In this document: piece after piece, positions 1-13,029 of the stretch
Layout of the letters: each line of letters starts with the position of its first letter
How positions within the stretch are numbered: the first letter of the stretch is position 1
Assembly: GCF_006345805.1 (NCBI RefSeq)
Contig: NC_043017.1
Location: 30,008,001-30,072,000, forward strand
DNA: 64,000 nt
Direction of reading: 5' to 3'
Source: Octopus sinensis
Taxonomy: Eukaryota
Made by a program: the position numbers and the translations under genes
The notes under the pieces: generated by a model
Database searches by the model: none
Seen by the model: only the letters and a program-made list of their open reading frames with translations
Told to the model about the DNA's origin: nothing

Positions 1-165
1 ACTTAGCGTCATTTAGTCCATCTTTATTTTCTTGGTTCAAATGCAGCCGGTGTTGATCTAGCATTTCATCTGACGAGCTCGATAAAAAATATACCAGCTG
101 ATCACGGGGGTCGATGTAATCGACGTACAACCTCCCACGAAATAGCTGGTCTTGTGCCAATATCT
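1..165 (+). mobile_element. Degenerate SINE-B copy, short-tail subtype, cut by the window edge
   Basis: Retains the core ggggtcgatgtaatcgac and an ...gctggtcttgtgcc tail; the head aligns loosely with other B copies. Confidence 0.55.
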
Positions 166-2016
166 GTGAAAAATATTATATATATTCCTTATATACACAT
201 ATGTATATGTGTATGGGTCTATGTATAAATGTATGCATCTTTATATATATGTGTATAGGCATCTGCCGATCCATTTTATATTCATTTCCATTTTATCTAC
301 TGAAATTCTGTTTACATTTACTTTGCAATAACAATAAATATTTCGAAACTGGCGAGTGGGGGTGAAAAAAACATGTACAAACAGAAGGCAACAGAATAGT
401 TGTTTTTATCTAAGTTGCACAGTATTTTCATTGTTGGAAATACTGTACAAGTTTTGTAGGAGTTTTTTTCTTTTGTGTGTAAGTATATTTTTTTATTACT
501 ATAATTTGTTTTATGTGTATATGTTTATTTTTATTTCCATGCTTCTATTTTTGAGAAAAATTTTAGCAATTTGATCGATACGTCTACTCTGATCACAATG
601 TTATATAGCAGAATGGAACAATGTAATTCCAGGTAATATAACATCAAACAAATAGCTATCCATCGTTATAATAGAGTTAAATTCTCATGCCTATAAAATG
701 TTTGAGCATGTGTCTTTATGTTAGTTGCATTTGTATATGTTTCTCTCTTTGTATCTGTGTGTGTGTTTGTTGTGAATGTTGGTTACGTATATGTCTTTAT
801 GATTTTTCCGAAGCTGAATATTTCAAGGCGCTACAAAAGCTAGTCATTTGTATACAACATTTGTTTTCGTAAATAACTCATTTAAACAGACGTTTGACAT
901 TGTTTCTTGACGGTTTATGCATGCGGTCTGCAATGGTTGTTCCTTTTATATTTTTGTTATCATTGCGAATCATGTAATTCTGTAGGTAAATTCTTGCGAA
1001 TATCTTTGTCAGTGAACACGGCGAGGAAGAAGCCAAAGAAAAGAAGGTGGAAAGAGAGAGTGATAGACAAATAATGTGTATGAATCGATCGATGTCTATA
1101 TATTCACAATGGGATTTTTGGATACTATTTTATTTACATATTTCTATTTCCATTTGCGTGAGTAGTGTTCAAATATTTTACGTTTACTGTTTCCCATTTT
1201 TGTTTATAATATCTATTCTATGATTTCTTTCTTCTTCTCCAATCGAATTTATAGAAATAAATGAACGGAGAAGATAGGGTCAACAAAAACAGTTTTCAAA
1301 GAAGATATTCAATTGGCGAACAAGGAAAAGGAAAAAAAATCATGGAAGAAATATAACAAAATAGTATCTGAGACAACAAACTTCAAATATTTGAACACTA
1401 GACTTGCAAATATTTTGCATTTATTATTTGCCAGCGTTCAAGAAAAGAAAACATACATAGATCAAGGCCTTGACACAAGTTCGATTTTCGATCGTGACAT
1501 GGCATTTTACTTGCTAAATATACATATGTTTCACTATCTTATTCATATGCCCTTTTTCTCTGTAATGTGAAATGTTCGACCATTAGCATTTTATCCTTCA
1601 TCCATTCTTCCAATAGGTTGTGTATCTTGAACTACAATTATACAATTTTTCACTGGATTTGAACGAGGTTGGTTATTCCAACTGACTCGTAGTCAACAAG
1701 GTGTAGAAAAAAGGATTCTTAAAGAACTTATTGATACAAACAATATTTCACTGCTGATACAGTTCAATAATTAAGTCTTAAAGAAGGACATAATTTGAAT
1801 TTCTACATTTCAATTAATCATTCTATATAAATAATCACTTGCTTTCAGCTCGAAAAATCCAATGTAAAAGCTGTCCGTACATATAATACATTTCCTAACT
1901 CTACCTTTTTTCTATCCATATGTATATGTGTGCCTGTGTTATATATATGTACATGTATGTCTGTATATATATATATATATATATACATACATACATGCAT
2001 ACATACATATCATATA

Positions 2017-2362
2017 TGGTGGCGGTGACCCCCTTCGGTCAGACACTGACCATGGGTTCCCACCTAGAGAGTTACCCTCTGAGGCACAAGTCTGGGCAAG
2101 GTTGTTTTATGGAAAACCAGCAGTCGCCCATGCATACCGGTCTCCCCTCTCCACGTCACCGAGGCTGTCCAAGGGAAAGGCAAGGGCCGATACAGCTTGG
2201 CACCTGTGACGTCGCAACCCATTTCTACAGCTGAGTGAACTGGAGCAACGTGAAATAAAGTGTCTTGCTCAAGAACACAACACGCAGCCCGGTCCGGGAT
2301 TCGAGCTCTCAACCTCACGATCGTAAGCTCGACGCTCTAACCACTGAGCCACGCAACTTCAC
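2017..2362 (-). mobile_element. tRNA-derived SINE-C, near full length
   Basis: Minus strand has A box TGGCTCAGTGG, B box GAGCTCGAATCC and body cttgagcaagacactttatttcac...cagctgtagaaatg; homologous to 27548-27862. Confidence 0.85.
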
Positions 2363-2870
2363 ATATATATCATATACAGATATATATATATATATATAAT
2401 ATAATATATATATATCAATATATATCATATAGATATATACATACATATATATATATACATACATGTACATATACATTATATATATACATACTACTTATAC
2501 ATATATATACATATATATATACATACTTATACATATATATACATATATATATATACATACTTATACATATATATACATCCTTATATATGCATATATATAT
2601 ATATATATATTCGTGCATATATATACAGACATCAATATACATATACATACATACATACATATATATACAAACATCAATATACATCTATATACATACATAC
2701 ATATATATACACATATGTATATACATATATGCACATACATATATACATATGTATACATATACATATATATACATATATATACATATATATATATATTTAT
2801 GCATATATATATACACATATCTTATATGCATTTACACACATATATACACGTATGTATGTATACACATCAT
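2363..2870. repeat. Compound (TA)n/(TACA)n microsatellite
   Basis: Directly visible low-complexity tract. Confidence 0.95.
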
Positions 2871-3339
2871 ATGAATATGGCATGCCTATTCTTTATTTTA
2901 ACTAATAGTTCTGTATTTGTTTTGCTCCACCAAGATTGTCATTTCCATTGTCAAACAGAATGAATGAACGTCACCTAATCTTACTTTAATCCTTCGGCAT
3001 TTCTTTTATCTTTTATATAGAAATAGTAATAAACAGTTACATTGTACAACTAATTTATTTCTTGTCAAAACTCTGTGAGGTTGCAGTTATAAAGAGGATC
3101 TTTGAACAGAAATTGCGCAGGGCGCTTGCTATATAACGAGATTGTCATATGTTATAAATACATTTGGAATATTCAAAGAGTAATGGTAAGGAAATAAATG
3201 AATGGATATTATAGTGAAACAAGATTTTCGTTTCAATCAGCTCAAAAAGACGGCGAATTGTGTTAGAAATCCCCGTGGCACTTACTCTGATGAAACAATT
3301 CATCAAGCCTAGTCTGCTGTATTGATGAAAACAATTGGG

Positions 3340-4290
3340 CAATAAGAGAGGAAAGAAGTACTGAAAGAAATTGTTAAGAAGAAAGAAATGAAAGACTAAA
3401 AATATACAGAGAGAGAGAGAGAGAGAGAGAGGAATAAAGAGAATTCTTACATCGGATGTCTGTAAGAAAAGGAGGCGAATATAATTTTGGATGTGGCAGT
3501 AGATTATAACAGTGCTGGGTAGAAAATAAAAGCTTTGTGGTTAGGAAAGTGAAGTGTTGTATGTGAAGGAAAGAGGAACGATAGTAGAAGAAGGAAAATG
3601 GTTTGGATTATAGTAAGAGAGAATAAAAGGCATGAGAAGTGAGATGAGAAAGAATGAAAGAAGAAAGGATGAAAATATTGAAGTATGGCGTGTGGGAAAG
3701 AGAAAAGAAGAGAGAATATATATCGGTAGATGAAAAGGGAATGATTGCAGAATAGATAATAGAAGAATGGAGATTCTGAGTATGGAAAAGTTATAGGATT
3801 GCACACACAGAGACGTTGATGAATAGATTCAAGGAGGAAGAGAGGAGGAGATTGGAAATAAGAATATATCTTTTTTTTTTTTAAGTATAATAATGTGTGA
3901 ATGAATAAGAAGAATATGTCCAAGAAATACATTTTGAAAGAAAAAAATTGATTAGTGAAGGGGAAACACAAGAGGTGAGATGACGCAGGGATTAAAAGAA
4001 CAGGCAAATATTGAACAGGTTTAGAAAGAAACGTGGAGAAGCGGGATGAGATGTAGAACGATATTTGAAGAATTTCAATAAAAAGGGGAAAATGCTAAGA
4101 TAAAAAGGACTATATGAAAAAGCTAGGTGCAACTGGGATTTCAAAGAGGATAATAAACAGAAATAAAGTGAAGATACTAGATGGTACAAAAGGAAAATAC
4201 CAGAAAAAGGAGGAAGGAGCAATAAAGGAGCAATAAAGGAGCACGGAGAAAGAGATGAACCGAATACAAAAGGTACAGATAAGTTCATGT
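3340..4290 (+). repeat. Purine-rich (G/A) low-complexity tract
   Basis: About 950 bp dominated by A and G on the + strand, including (AG)n at about 3408-3430. Confidence 0.8.
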
Positions 4291-4605
4291 GGTTAGAGCA
4301 ACACTAAGTGTGGTAGAACAATTTTGAAACACCTCCTATATATTTATATATATTTACATACATATATTTATATATATTGACACATATATATTTATATATA
4401 TATATATATATATATATTGACACACACACATATATATATATATTATATATATGAAGCTCGCGGTGCATGTTCATTGAAATGTGGTTAAACCGCATCAAGT
4501 ATAGATGTACCATTGATAGTGCTTGTAGATGTAACAGACTGAAACCCATTTAGTAGACTTGAAAGGTTTAGCATAGTCATATTCACACACCTGATCATGT
4601 GTGTT

Positions 4606-4686
4606 TGAGTGAGTGGGGGTCGATGTAATCGAATAATCCCCTCCACTAAATTTCAGTCCTTGTAGCTATATCAGAAAAAATAATTA

Positions 4687-4717
<31 letters not shown>
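4606..4717 (+). mobile_element. SINE-B 3' fragment ending in (ATT)n
   Basis: ggggtcgatgtaatcga...aaatttcagtccttgt followed by (ATT)n. Confidence 0.65.
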
Positions 4718-5118
4718 GAGTGAGAGAGCAGTGCATGCCATCTAAATGACACTGGGGAACCAATATACGAAGCCCATTATACCGAACATCACTACCCATC
4801 CGATACGGGTACATGACGTATATACGTCACAAACACATGTGCACGACATGGTGATCTCATATCATGATAAACAGTGCATGACCTTGCAGGTGAGGCCCTG
4901 TGAGAATTTTATTCGGGTCGAGTAGCACATCCTGCTCAAAATGGTCCTTGAATAACGGCTGTTTAAAAATGATGAACGAAGCACACATGTTTCCAGAGAT
5001 GAATTATTCAAACCCCAAAGAATTCTTCTCAACACGTGGATATGATGCTTCCCCACTATTTCTGCTCTTGATCAGATATGCACATATTGTCAGTCAAGAC
5101 AAGACATATACATGCTCT
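4718..5118 (-). mobile_element. Family D repeat, 5'-truncated, with (AAT)n tail; probable non-LTR 3' UTR or non-autonomous element
   Basis: Reverse-complement homologue of 14991-15498; ends ...gcactgctctctcactc(AAT)n. Confidence 0.85.
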
Positions 5119-5119
5119 T

Positions 5120-5300
5120 AGTTATTTCGTCCATCGTTACGTTCTGAGTTCAAATTCCGCCAAGGTCGACATCGTCATTTATCCTTTCGGGGTCGATAAA
5201 TTAAGTACCAGTTGAGTACTGTGATCGATATAATCGACTATAACCCTTCCCCAAATTTCAGGTCTTGTTCCTGTGGTAGAAAGGATTATTATTATTATTA
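5120..5300 (+). mobile_element. SINE-B, short-tail subtype, 5'-truncated
   Basis: gttctgagttcaaattccgccaaggtcgac...gtagaaaggattattattatt. Confidence 0.85.
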
Positions 5301-5958
5301 AAATCGCTTTATTATTCTTTGGTAATTCTTATTACACTGGCTTCACATATACCTAATAAAAGAAAAACATTGTCTTATTCGATAATATTTTCGAAGCATT
5401 TTCGCAGACATGTCTTATGCAATCGAATTTTTATATTATCTTTTGTAATTGTATCTTCTGGAAGTCTGATTTTCTTTTCATTGCCTATACACATTATTTA
5501 TTTTATATTAAATCAATCCCCAATCTTTTTTCTCAACCATTCACTTCACCCCACTCTCTCTCTATGTCTCGCTATTTCTGGGTAGTTATATACTAATGTG
5601 TTCTTATATATGTGTATACCGTTAATATGGAAGGTTGTTTTTTTTGCCAATTCTCTTTATATCCTACGGCCCGCTCCACTGAGCGTTAGCGTAAAAAACG
5701 TTTGCAGTGGAAACTTTTCTTTGTTGATTTTTCATATATCATCTGAAGATTGCATTGGTTCCGGTAGGAATCTAGAACCAGGCAAACTTAGTTAAGACAA
5801 ACTTACATACGAACACGAATACATACATTTATGTAAATATGTTTGTGTTTTGTGAATGTCTTTATGTGTATGTATCTATCTGTCTATCGACCTATCTATC
5901 TATCTATATGTGCATTCATATTATAAACATATATATATACATGTACACACACATGTCT

Positions 5959-6322
5959 TTCTCTTTTCTCTTTTTACTTGTTTCAGTCATTTTGACTGCG
6001 GCCACGCTGGAGCACCGCCTTTAGTCGAGCAACTCGACCCCGGAACTTATTCTTTGTAAGCCCAGTACTTATTCTATCGATCTCTTTTGCCGAACCGCTA
6101 AGTGACGTAGACATAAACACACCAGCATCGGTTGTCAAGCAATGATAGGTGGACAAACACAGACACACAAACATACACGCACATACATATATATATACAT
6201 ATATGCGACGGTCTTCTTTCAGTTTCCGTCTACCAAATCCACTCACAAGGCATTGGTCGGCCCGAAGTTATAGTAGAAGACACTTGCCCAAGGTACCACG
6301 CAGTGGGACTGAACCCGGAACC
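5959..6322 (-). mobile_element. SINE-A, head truncated
   Basis: Matches A copies at 9525, 26250, 40529 and 56561; has the internal (TA)(TG) tract and the cagtc/gactg tail hairpin. Confidence 0.9.
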
Positions 6323-7014
6323 TACATATGTATGTATATAAGTATAATGCTTGTAAACATTTGCAGTTTAACAAATTTAATTCCCAAAGGTATGTATCAC
6401 GCGAGGTCAAGTTGTGTTAGGACAAAGTCCTGTTCGGTGGGATTGAACCCGGAATCATGAAGAAGCTGAGCAAGTCTTATAACTAGAGAGAGACCCCAGA
6501 TCCTTTTGTTATTTAACCACATATCCGTCTGGTCACGCGGAACAGTGACCAAATGACTTCACGCGTGACCATGTTCTTGAATTTTCTTTACTTTATTTAG
6601 GACCACAATATCTAATGTGGACTTCCTTTTTATAAACACATATTGCGAATTTAAGGATGATCTGACTGAAATTTCGAGCATGTTCAAGTTTCTATAGACG
6701 AGGATCTGTATATCGTTTGAGATATTTTTATTGTTGTTTGGCCGCCATATCCTGCCTGAGTGAGCTAGTTTATCAACTCAGGAGTTACATTTGTTACAAG
6801 TTTTCATTTTCGTTTCCAGACATAATAGATCGATACTCGATAATCATTCAGTGATTCAATCATCTCATCTGAATATCGATTCGTTAAATTAATTTCTATC
6901 TGGCAGAATTTGTTTTAAAGACACGCGTATCTACAAAGTAATCGTAGGGCCGAAACCACATGAGCTAGAGGGTAACCAATGACAAGTTTTACTCACAATG
7001 ATCGGATCGACTCG

Positions 7015-7053
7015 CATCTGTGACGAAAGACCCTTGGCCGAAACGTCATGGAG
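7015..7053 (+). ncRNA. Decayed hammerhead-like motif
   Basis: gTGACGA-aa-GACC-ctt-GGCC-GAA-ACGT-C, with C3 changed, one helix II mismatch and poor helix I. Confidence 0.3.
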
Positions 7054-8076
7054 GGTAATCATACTGGTTGCATAAACATGTTGGTAACAATTTTAAAGCC
7101 AACGATTTAAACAGGTAGTTTTTCCTGTATACAAATTTAATAATGATGTAATTACACTACCTTAATTTCATAGAAATACAAGCTGTGATGTAGGCAAAAT
7201 TTTGTTGATACGTTCAATAAATGAATCGAGTGATTTTGTTTTTTTTTTCGTTTTTTTTATGTGCATTTGTAGTTTAATGGCAGCAGGCTATTTCTCTCTT
7301 GTAATGCAATTTTGTATAAAATTCATATCTTAAAGTTTCACTTCCTCGTACATCACTTAAGAGGAAAACTGACAGAAAAATTTATTCGGTAGAGATATCT
7401 AACAGAAAAAAGAAAAAAAAAAAAAGGTGATAAGCCTACCAGTATATTTCTAATGGCGATATAACGAATTAAACAAAAAAGACAAATCCGTTTTTGTAAA
7501 GAAACATAAATTTTTATTCGTAGCAGAGATATTTAGTGAAAAGCCCCTAATCTTAACGAAGCCTGCGCGTATAACTTGAAGAACTCAACGCAATCAAAAG
7601 ATTACAAACATTAGGTTATCGCAGTTATGCGTTCTCAAATAAGCTCTCCTAATTCAATTTAATGGTATGTGCTTATTAGATTAAATGTTTACTTACAAAC
7701 TTATATGAAATATATAATTCTGTTGTCATCTGAACGTGCGAATATTTTATTGTATACGATATCAAGGTGTATAAACTGTCAACACGTGAATATGGGTGTA
7801 AGGGTGGGATTCTGTACGTATGCAAGCGATGTATGAATAGATGTTGTATTATATTAACATGGATATGATATTCGTGTGTGTATGTAGATTATGTGAGTGT
7901 ATATTCAATCATTTGCAATCTTTTATAACTTAGCAAACGTATACGTAAAATATATTCATGAACTTCAGAGATTACATAAATAGATATGAAATCTACATTT
8001 ATACTTACACGTAATTTCTACCGTTCTGTTTCTGGTCTTAAAGTGCAGATTGGTAAGTAAGGTATGTATGCACGCA

Positions 8077-8110
<34 letters not shown>

Positions 8111-8211
8111 TATGTGTGTACGTTTATATACATATAGGTACGTGCATACACACACACACACACACAAAAAACACATAGGTGTGTATTTATGTATACCTTT
8201 ACATGTAAGTA

Positions 8212-8764
8212 TACAGAGGAGTAACTACCGGTCGAGTTTTGCCATTCAAATGCACATCGATTGGCAGGCAAGAGCTAGATGTTGTGAAGAAAACCTCCTG
8301 TTCCCTATACATGCCCTGATTCTCCAAGCCACCGTCTTTATATAATGGGGAGAACGGTGCATTGATATGTCTAGTGAAATGGATCAATATATCTCGTTCT
8401 AAAGCCGGGCGAAATGCGTAGCCGTATTTCGTCTGCCGTTACGTTCAAATTCCGCCGAGGTCGACTTTGCCTTTCATCCTTTCGGAGTCGATAAATTAAG
8501 TACCAGCTGCGCACTGGGGTCGATGTAATCGACTTAATCAGTTTGTCTGTCCTTCCTTGTCCCCTCTGTGTTTAGCCCCTTGTGGGTAGTAAAGAAATAG
8601 CTATTTCGGGGTCGATTAAATATGTACCAGTTACGCATCAGTTATTTAATCTGTTTTTCTGTCCTTGTTTGTCCTCTCTGTGTTTTCTTCACAACATCTA
8701 GCTCTTGCCTGCCAATCGATGTGCATTTGAATGGCAAAACTCGACCGGTAGTTACTCCTCTGTA
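8212..8764. repeat. 83-bp perfect inverted repeat, arms 8212-8294 and 8682-8764
   Basis: The arms are exact reverse complements, checked base by base; the second arm interrupts a SINE-B unit. Confidence 0.95.
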
Positions 8765-9145
8765 GTTACTCCCCTTGTGGGTAGTAAAGAAATAAGTATT
8801 TCGTCTGTCTTTGCTTTCTGAGTTCAAATTCCGCCAAGGTCGACTTTGCCTTTCATCCTTTCGGAGTCGATAATTAAGTACCAGCTGCGCACTGGGGTCG
8901 ATGTAATCGACTTAATCCGTTTGTTTGTCCTTCCTTGTCCCCTCTGTGTTTAGCCCCTTGTGGATAGTAAAGAAATAGGTATTTCGTCTGTCTTCGTGTT
9001 CTGAGTTCAAATTCCGCCGAGGTCAATTTTGCTTTTCATTCCTTCGGGTTTGATAAATTAAGATCCAGTTGCGTACTGGCGTTGATCTAATCGACTGGCT
9101 CCCTCCCCCAAAATTTCGGGCCTTGTGCCTGGAGTAGAAAAGAAT
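8398..9145 (+). mobile_element. Tandem SINE-B array of about 4 units; the last unit has the short-tail end
   Basis: Repeated gagttcaaattccgcc(g/a)aggtcgac...ttgtgggtagtaaagaaatag units, with junctions at 8600/8601, 8795/8796 and 8978/8979. Confidence 0.9.
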
Positions 9146-9524
9146 ACATCTCATTCGGTCCTCCAACAGTTTTACCATTCCATCGATCCCATTCGGTACC
9201 TTTTGCTTTCGTTCCCAAAGGGAGAACAGAGAAGGCTGACCGCCACGAGTTTTTAACACTGAACGTAGAAAGTTCAAATATCTATTGCTGTAACAATATT
9301 CGTGTAATACGGATGTCTTTGTTTGAACAGTATTTTTACTTTCAATATTTTCGAATGTGATTCTTGCAGTTTAAAACAGTAAAATTTCAAATCACACTAA
9401 CTCCCTTTAGACCTCCACAGCATTATATTCGGAGTAAAGCGAGGTTGGAATGGGTTGCTGCTCCTATTTTGGAGACAACCAATGTGACTGATGTTGATAT
9501 TAACGCCAGAATATATACACTTAC

Positions 9525-9744
9525 TCTCTTTTTACTCTTTTACTTGTTTCAGTCAGTTGACTGCGGCCATGCTGGAGCACCGCCTTTAGTCGAGCAACTC
9601 GACCCCGGGACTTATTCTTTGTAAGCCCAGTACTTATTCTATCGGTGTCTTTTGCCGAACCGCTAAGTGACGGGGGACATAAACACACCAGCATCGGTTG
9701 TCAAGCAATGCTAGTGGACAAACACAGACACACAAACGTACACG

Positions 9745-9786
<42 letters not shown>

Positions 9787-9952
9787 TACGACGGGCTTCT
9801 TTCAGTTTCCGTCTACCAAATCCACTCACAAGGCTTTGGTCGGCCCGAGGCTATAGTAGAAGACACTTGCCCAAGGTGCCACGCAGTGGGACTGAACCCG
9901 GAACCATGTGGTTGGTAGGCAAGCTACTTACCACACAGCCACTCCTGCGCCT
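9525..9952 (-). mobile_element. SINE-A, full length
   Basis: tRNA-like head with A box TGGCTGTGTGG and B box GGTTCAGTCCC, internal microsatellite and (AAGAGTA)-type tail. Confidence 0.95.
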
Positions 9953-10477
9953 ATATAGGTTTATATTTAGTATTTATTACTTCATTGATCAGGTGTTTAA
10001 TTTTGATTGTGACTCATATAAGCTGTCGTTCTGTTTCATTTAACGGTGCGTTGTGCTATGATTATTAGATGTTCTCTCGAGTATAGATGCCGTGCCAGAC
10101 TAACAGTTTCCTAACGTGTTTTGTTTTGTCAGATCTGATAGTGCGCACTTCCATTATTACTTTTCATTAAGTGCATGGCTTGCTAGCAGAAGAATGCGTT
10201 AGTTACATGGAGAATGTAACAACTAAAGGCAATAAGTTTAATACATTCTCGTGTGTACTGGAATTTATGAATCGCTTTGATTAGCGGCATCCTGTCAGGG
10301 GTTTCGCTGACAGTGGGATATCTGCCGATGAAAAGGCTTTGATTTTAGTAGGTTATTCATGTATGTTATCAATTGTATTTATAGGTATTGTTTCTTATTC
10401 TATGATATTTTCTAGGGTATCGCTTATTCCACAGTGGTGTCTAAGTATACGAGCCGTGTAGTACAGTGTATATATGC

Positions 10478-11242
10478 AACGTGAACGTTAAACACGAGTA
10501 ATCTCAAATATATTTTTTACATTCCAGTTCTTCTACCGTGTTCCGTGGCTTGCTTTGAAATAATACACATTCTTGACTTGTGTTTGGCTCATCCTGTAGA
10601 TTGATTAGTTCTATAATTCGTTGATGGAATAGAATCTACAAACATATTTATAATATACATAAGCGTAGGAGTGGTTGTGAGGTAAGTAGCTGGCTTACGA
10701 ACCAAATGGTTCCGGTTCAATCCATCTGCGTAGCACATTGGGCAAATGTCTCATCCCATAGCTTCGGGTCGACCAAAGCCTTGTGAGTGGATATATAGAC
10801 GGAAACTGAAAGAAGCCCGTCGTATATATGTATATATATATATATATCTGTGCAATATGTTTGTGTGTCTGTGTTTGTCCCCCCCAACATCACTTGACAA
10901 CCGATGCTTGTGTGTTTACGTCACCGTAACCTAGCGGTTCGGCAAAAGAGACCGATGGAATAAGTACTAGGCTTACAAAGAATAAGTCTTGGGGTCGATT
11001 TTCTAAACTAAAGGCTTGTGCTCCAGCATGGCCACAGTCAACTGACTGAAATAAATAAAAGAGTATAAAAGAGTAACGTGAACGTTAACACGAGTAATCT
11101 CAAATATATTTTCTACGTTCCAGTTCTACCTTTTTCCGTGGCTTGCTTTGAAATAATACACGATCTTGACCTGTGTTTGGCTCATTCTGTAGATTGATTA
11201 GTTCTATAATTCGCTGATGGAATAGAATCTACAAATATATTT

Positions 11243-11248
<6 letters not shown>
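10478..11248. repeat. About 175-bp direct repeats (10478-10655 and 11075-11248) flanking a SINE-A
   Basis: Both copies run aacgtgaacgtt...gaatagaatctacaaa(c/t)atatttataata; roughly 10 substitutions and 2 indels by eye. Confidence 0.95.
10662..11074 (+). mobile_element. SINE-A, full length
   Basis: Runs from gcgtaggagtggttgtgagg to cagtcaactgactg...gagtataaaagagt. Confidence 0.92.
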
Positions 11249-11273
<25 letters not shown>

Positions 11274-13029
11274 TAATCTTTGATATTTTTGTTTGGCTAT
11301 TCGATGCCTTCCATATGAAAGTTGTGCATTTATGACTCTTGGGGATAAAAGGAATGCGTTGTATCGCTTGTTTTCGATCTATGTGTTTATGTGTTTATGA
11401 TTGCAAACGGCATACAAACGCAGTCGTGGGCACACACACACACACACGCTCGAACATACACACACATATACACACACACGATGAGATGTATGTGTCTGTG
11501 TACAATTCCCATCGTAAAGCTTATAATCAATAAAATTTCCAAAGTAGAGAATATATACAGTTTTTTCTTATATTTCCCCAATTTCTTTATGGCAAATAAT
11601 AATAATAATAGTAATAATAATATTAATAATAATAATAATAATGGTAATAATAATAATAATTTTTATTTATGGTTGCGGATCCGTTAGTTGAGCCTACAAA
11701 CTATATACCGGAAAGTTTTTGACAGAGTAAAAATAAACGTTTTCTATTTTCTTTTTTTAAAAAAAGCTATATAATCTAGCCATGTTACAAAACTTCTCAT
11801 ATTTAAAAAAGAAAAGATAAGCCTTACAATGAATTAGAAAAAAATTTGAGTAACAGAATCCAGTGTTATCGTATATGTTTGCTTTATAGAATTTAAATGA
11901 ATCAACTTAAGGGAAACTATAAGCAAAAATAAATATATTAAGAAAATCACAGTTTATATATATACCGATATCAGTATGATATCTATGCTATGCTGATAAC
12001 ACATATTTTATATATTACATAGGAAAAGAAAAAAAAGAAATTATCTGTTGCGGTTATTAAATATAGGGGAAGGCTTAAAAGAGCAAATTCTTCGTTTGAT
12101 ATTTAACATGTTGTTATGCTTGTTTGCCGTCAGGTCATCCCCGAGAGAGCAAGCTGACTAATGATATCAAGCGTTCCAGCTGCACGCATACCATTTCGTT
12201 TTTTTTTTTATTCTTTTACAAAAAATATGTGTCTCGGACTACATTATTCATAGCGACATTTATTTTTGTAGACCTCGGTACCTGACATGAAAGTGATTTA
12301 GTTACGTTTTCTAGCAGGTGAAACGACTATATAGTTTATCTCGTTGTCACTTCATATTTAGCTTAGAATTCATTGATGGCTTCTACAGCACATTTCGATG
12401 ATGAGAATCAATTGGGGAAGATTAACTTTTTATTAAAGCTGGAATATGAAACGGCATTTAAGTACCGACTAGCTCTTTACTCACGATTTTACCCTCAATT
12501 TTTGATGTCGAAATCAATTTGGATTGTCACAAAGATGATGTCTCGTATTGAATCGAAATACGAAGTTAATAGGCGAGGATTATTCTCACCATTCAAGAGA
12601 TTGAGTAAATCGCCGCAAGGAAAAATAATCTTCCAAAAGTTCTTTGAAAGAAAACTCGTTCAGAAAGCTTGGATCGATTAAGTATTAGTGAGCGAGTCAA
12701 TTGATTACAGGTTCCTGTCATATCAACGGGTACACAGTTTGCCAAAGGACATGTATTGCCGGCGTAAATGGGTATCAGTTAACTCTAGTGAAATGATTGG
12801 AGGTTTCTCTCTTATCAATATGGACTTGTCTGTGGCTCACAAATCAGTCCTCAGCTGTCTTACTGGCAGCGATAAATACATGTAAAAAAGTGAACACTGG
12901 TATAGGAGCAAACACATGATCTAAGATTTTTGAGCCGAGGTCATCTCATGATTCTCAAAAGGGTCCCGTACAATACAGTCTTATACATTATTCGTCCGCT
13001 TGTAAGATAACTTATTGCCCAATATCAAT

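Noticed and set aside
2290-2362. tRNA-like sequences here and at the SINE-A, -B and -E heads
   Set aside because: They have A and B boxes but no complete cloverleaf, and they continue into SINE bodies, so they are not tRNA genes.
8398-9145. Repeat array superficially resembling CRISPR
   Set aside because: The units are ~185-bp SINE copies without unique spacers, there are no cas genes, and the context is eukaryotic.
9130-9262. Possible minus-strand exon after ttctacgttcag
   Set aside because: Two frames are open, there is no recognisable protein and no partner exons.
12373-12885. Two adjacent ORFs with coding-like composition
   Set aside because: No recognisable RT, transposase or host motif; it may be an old repeat.
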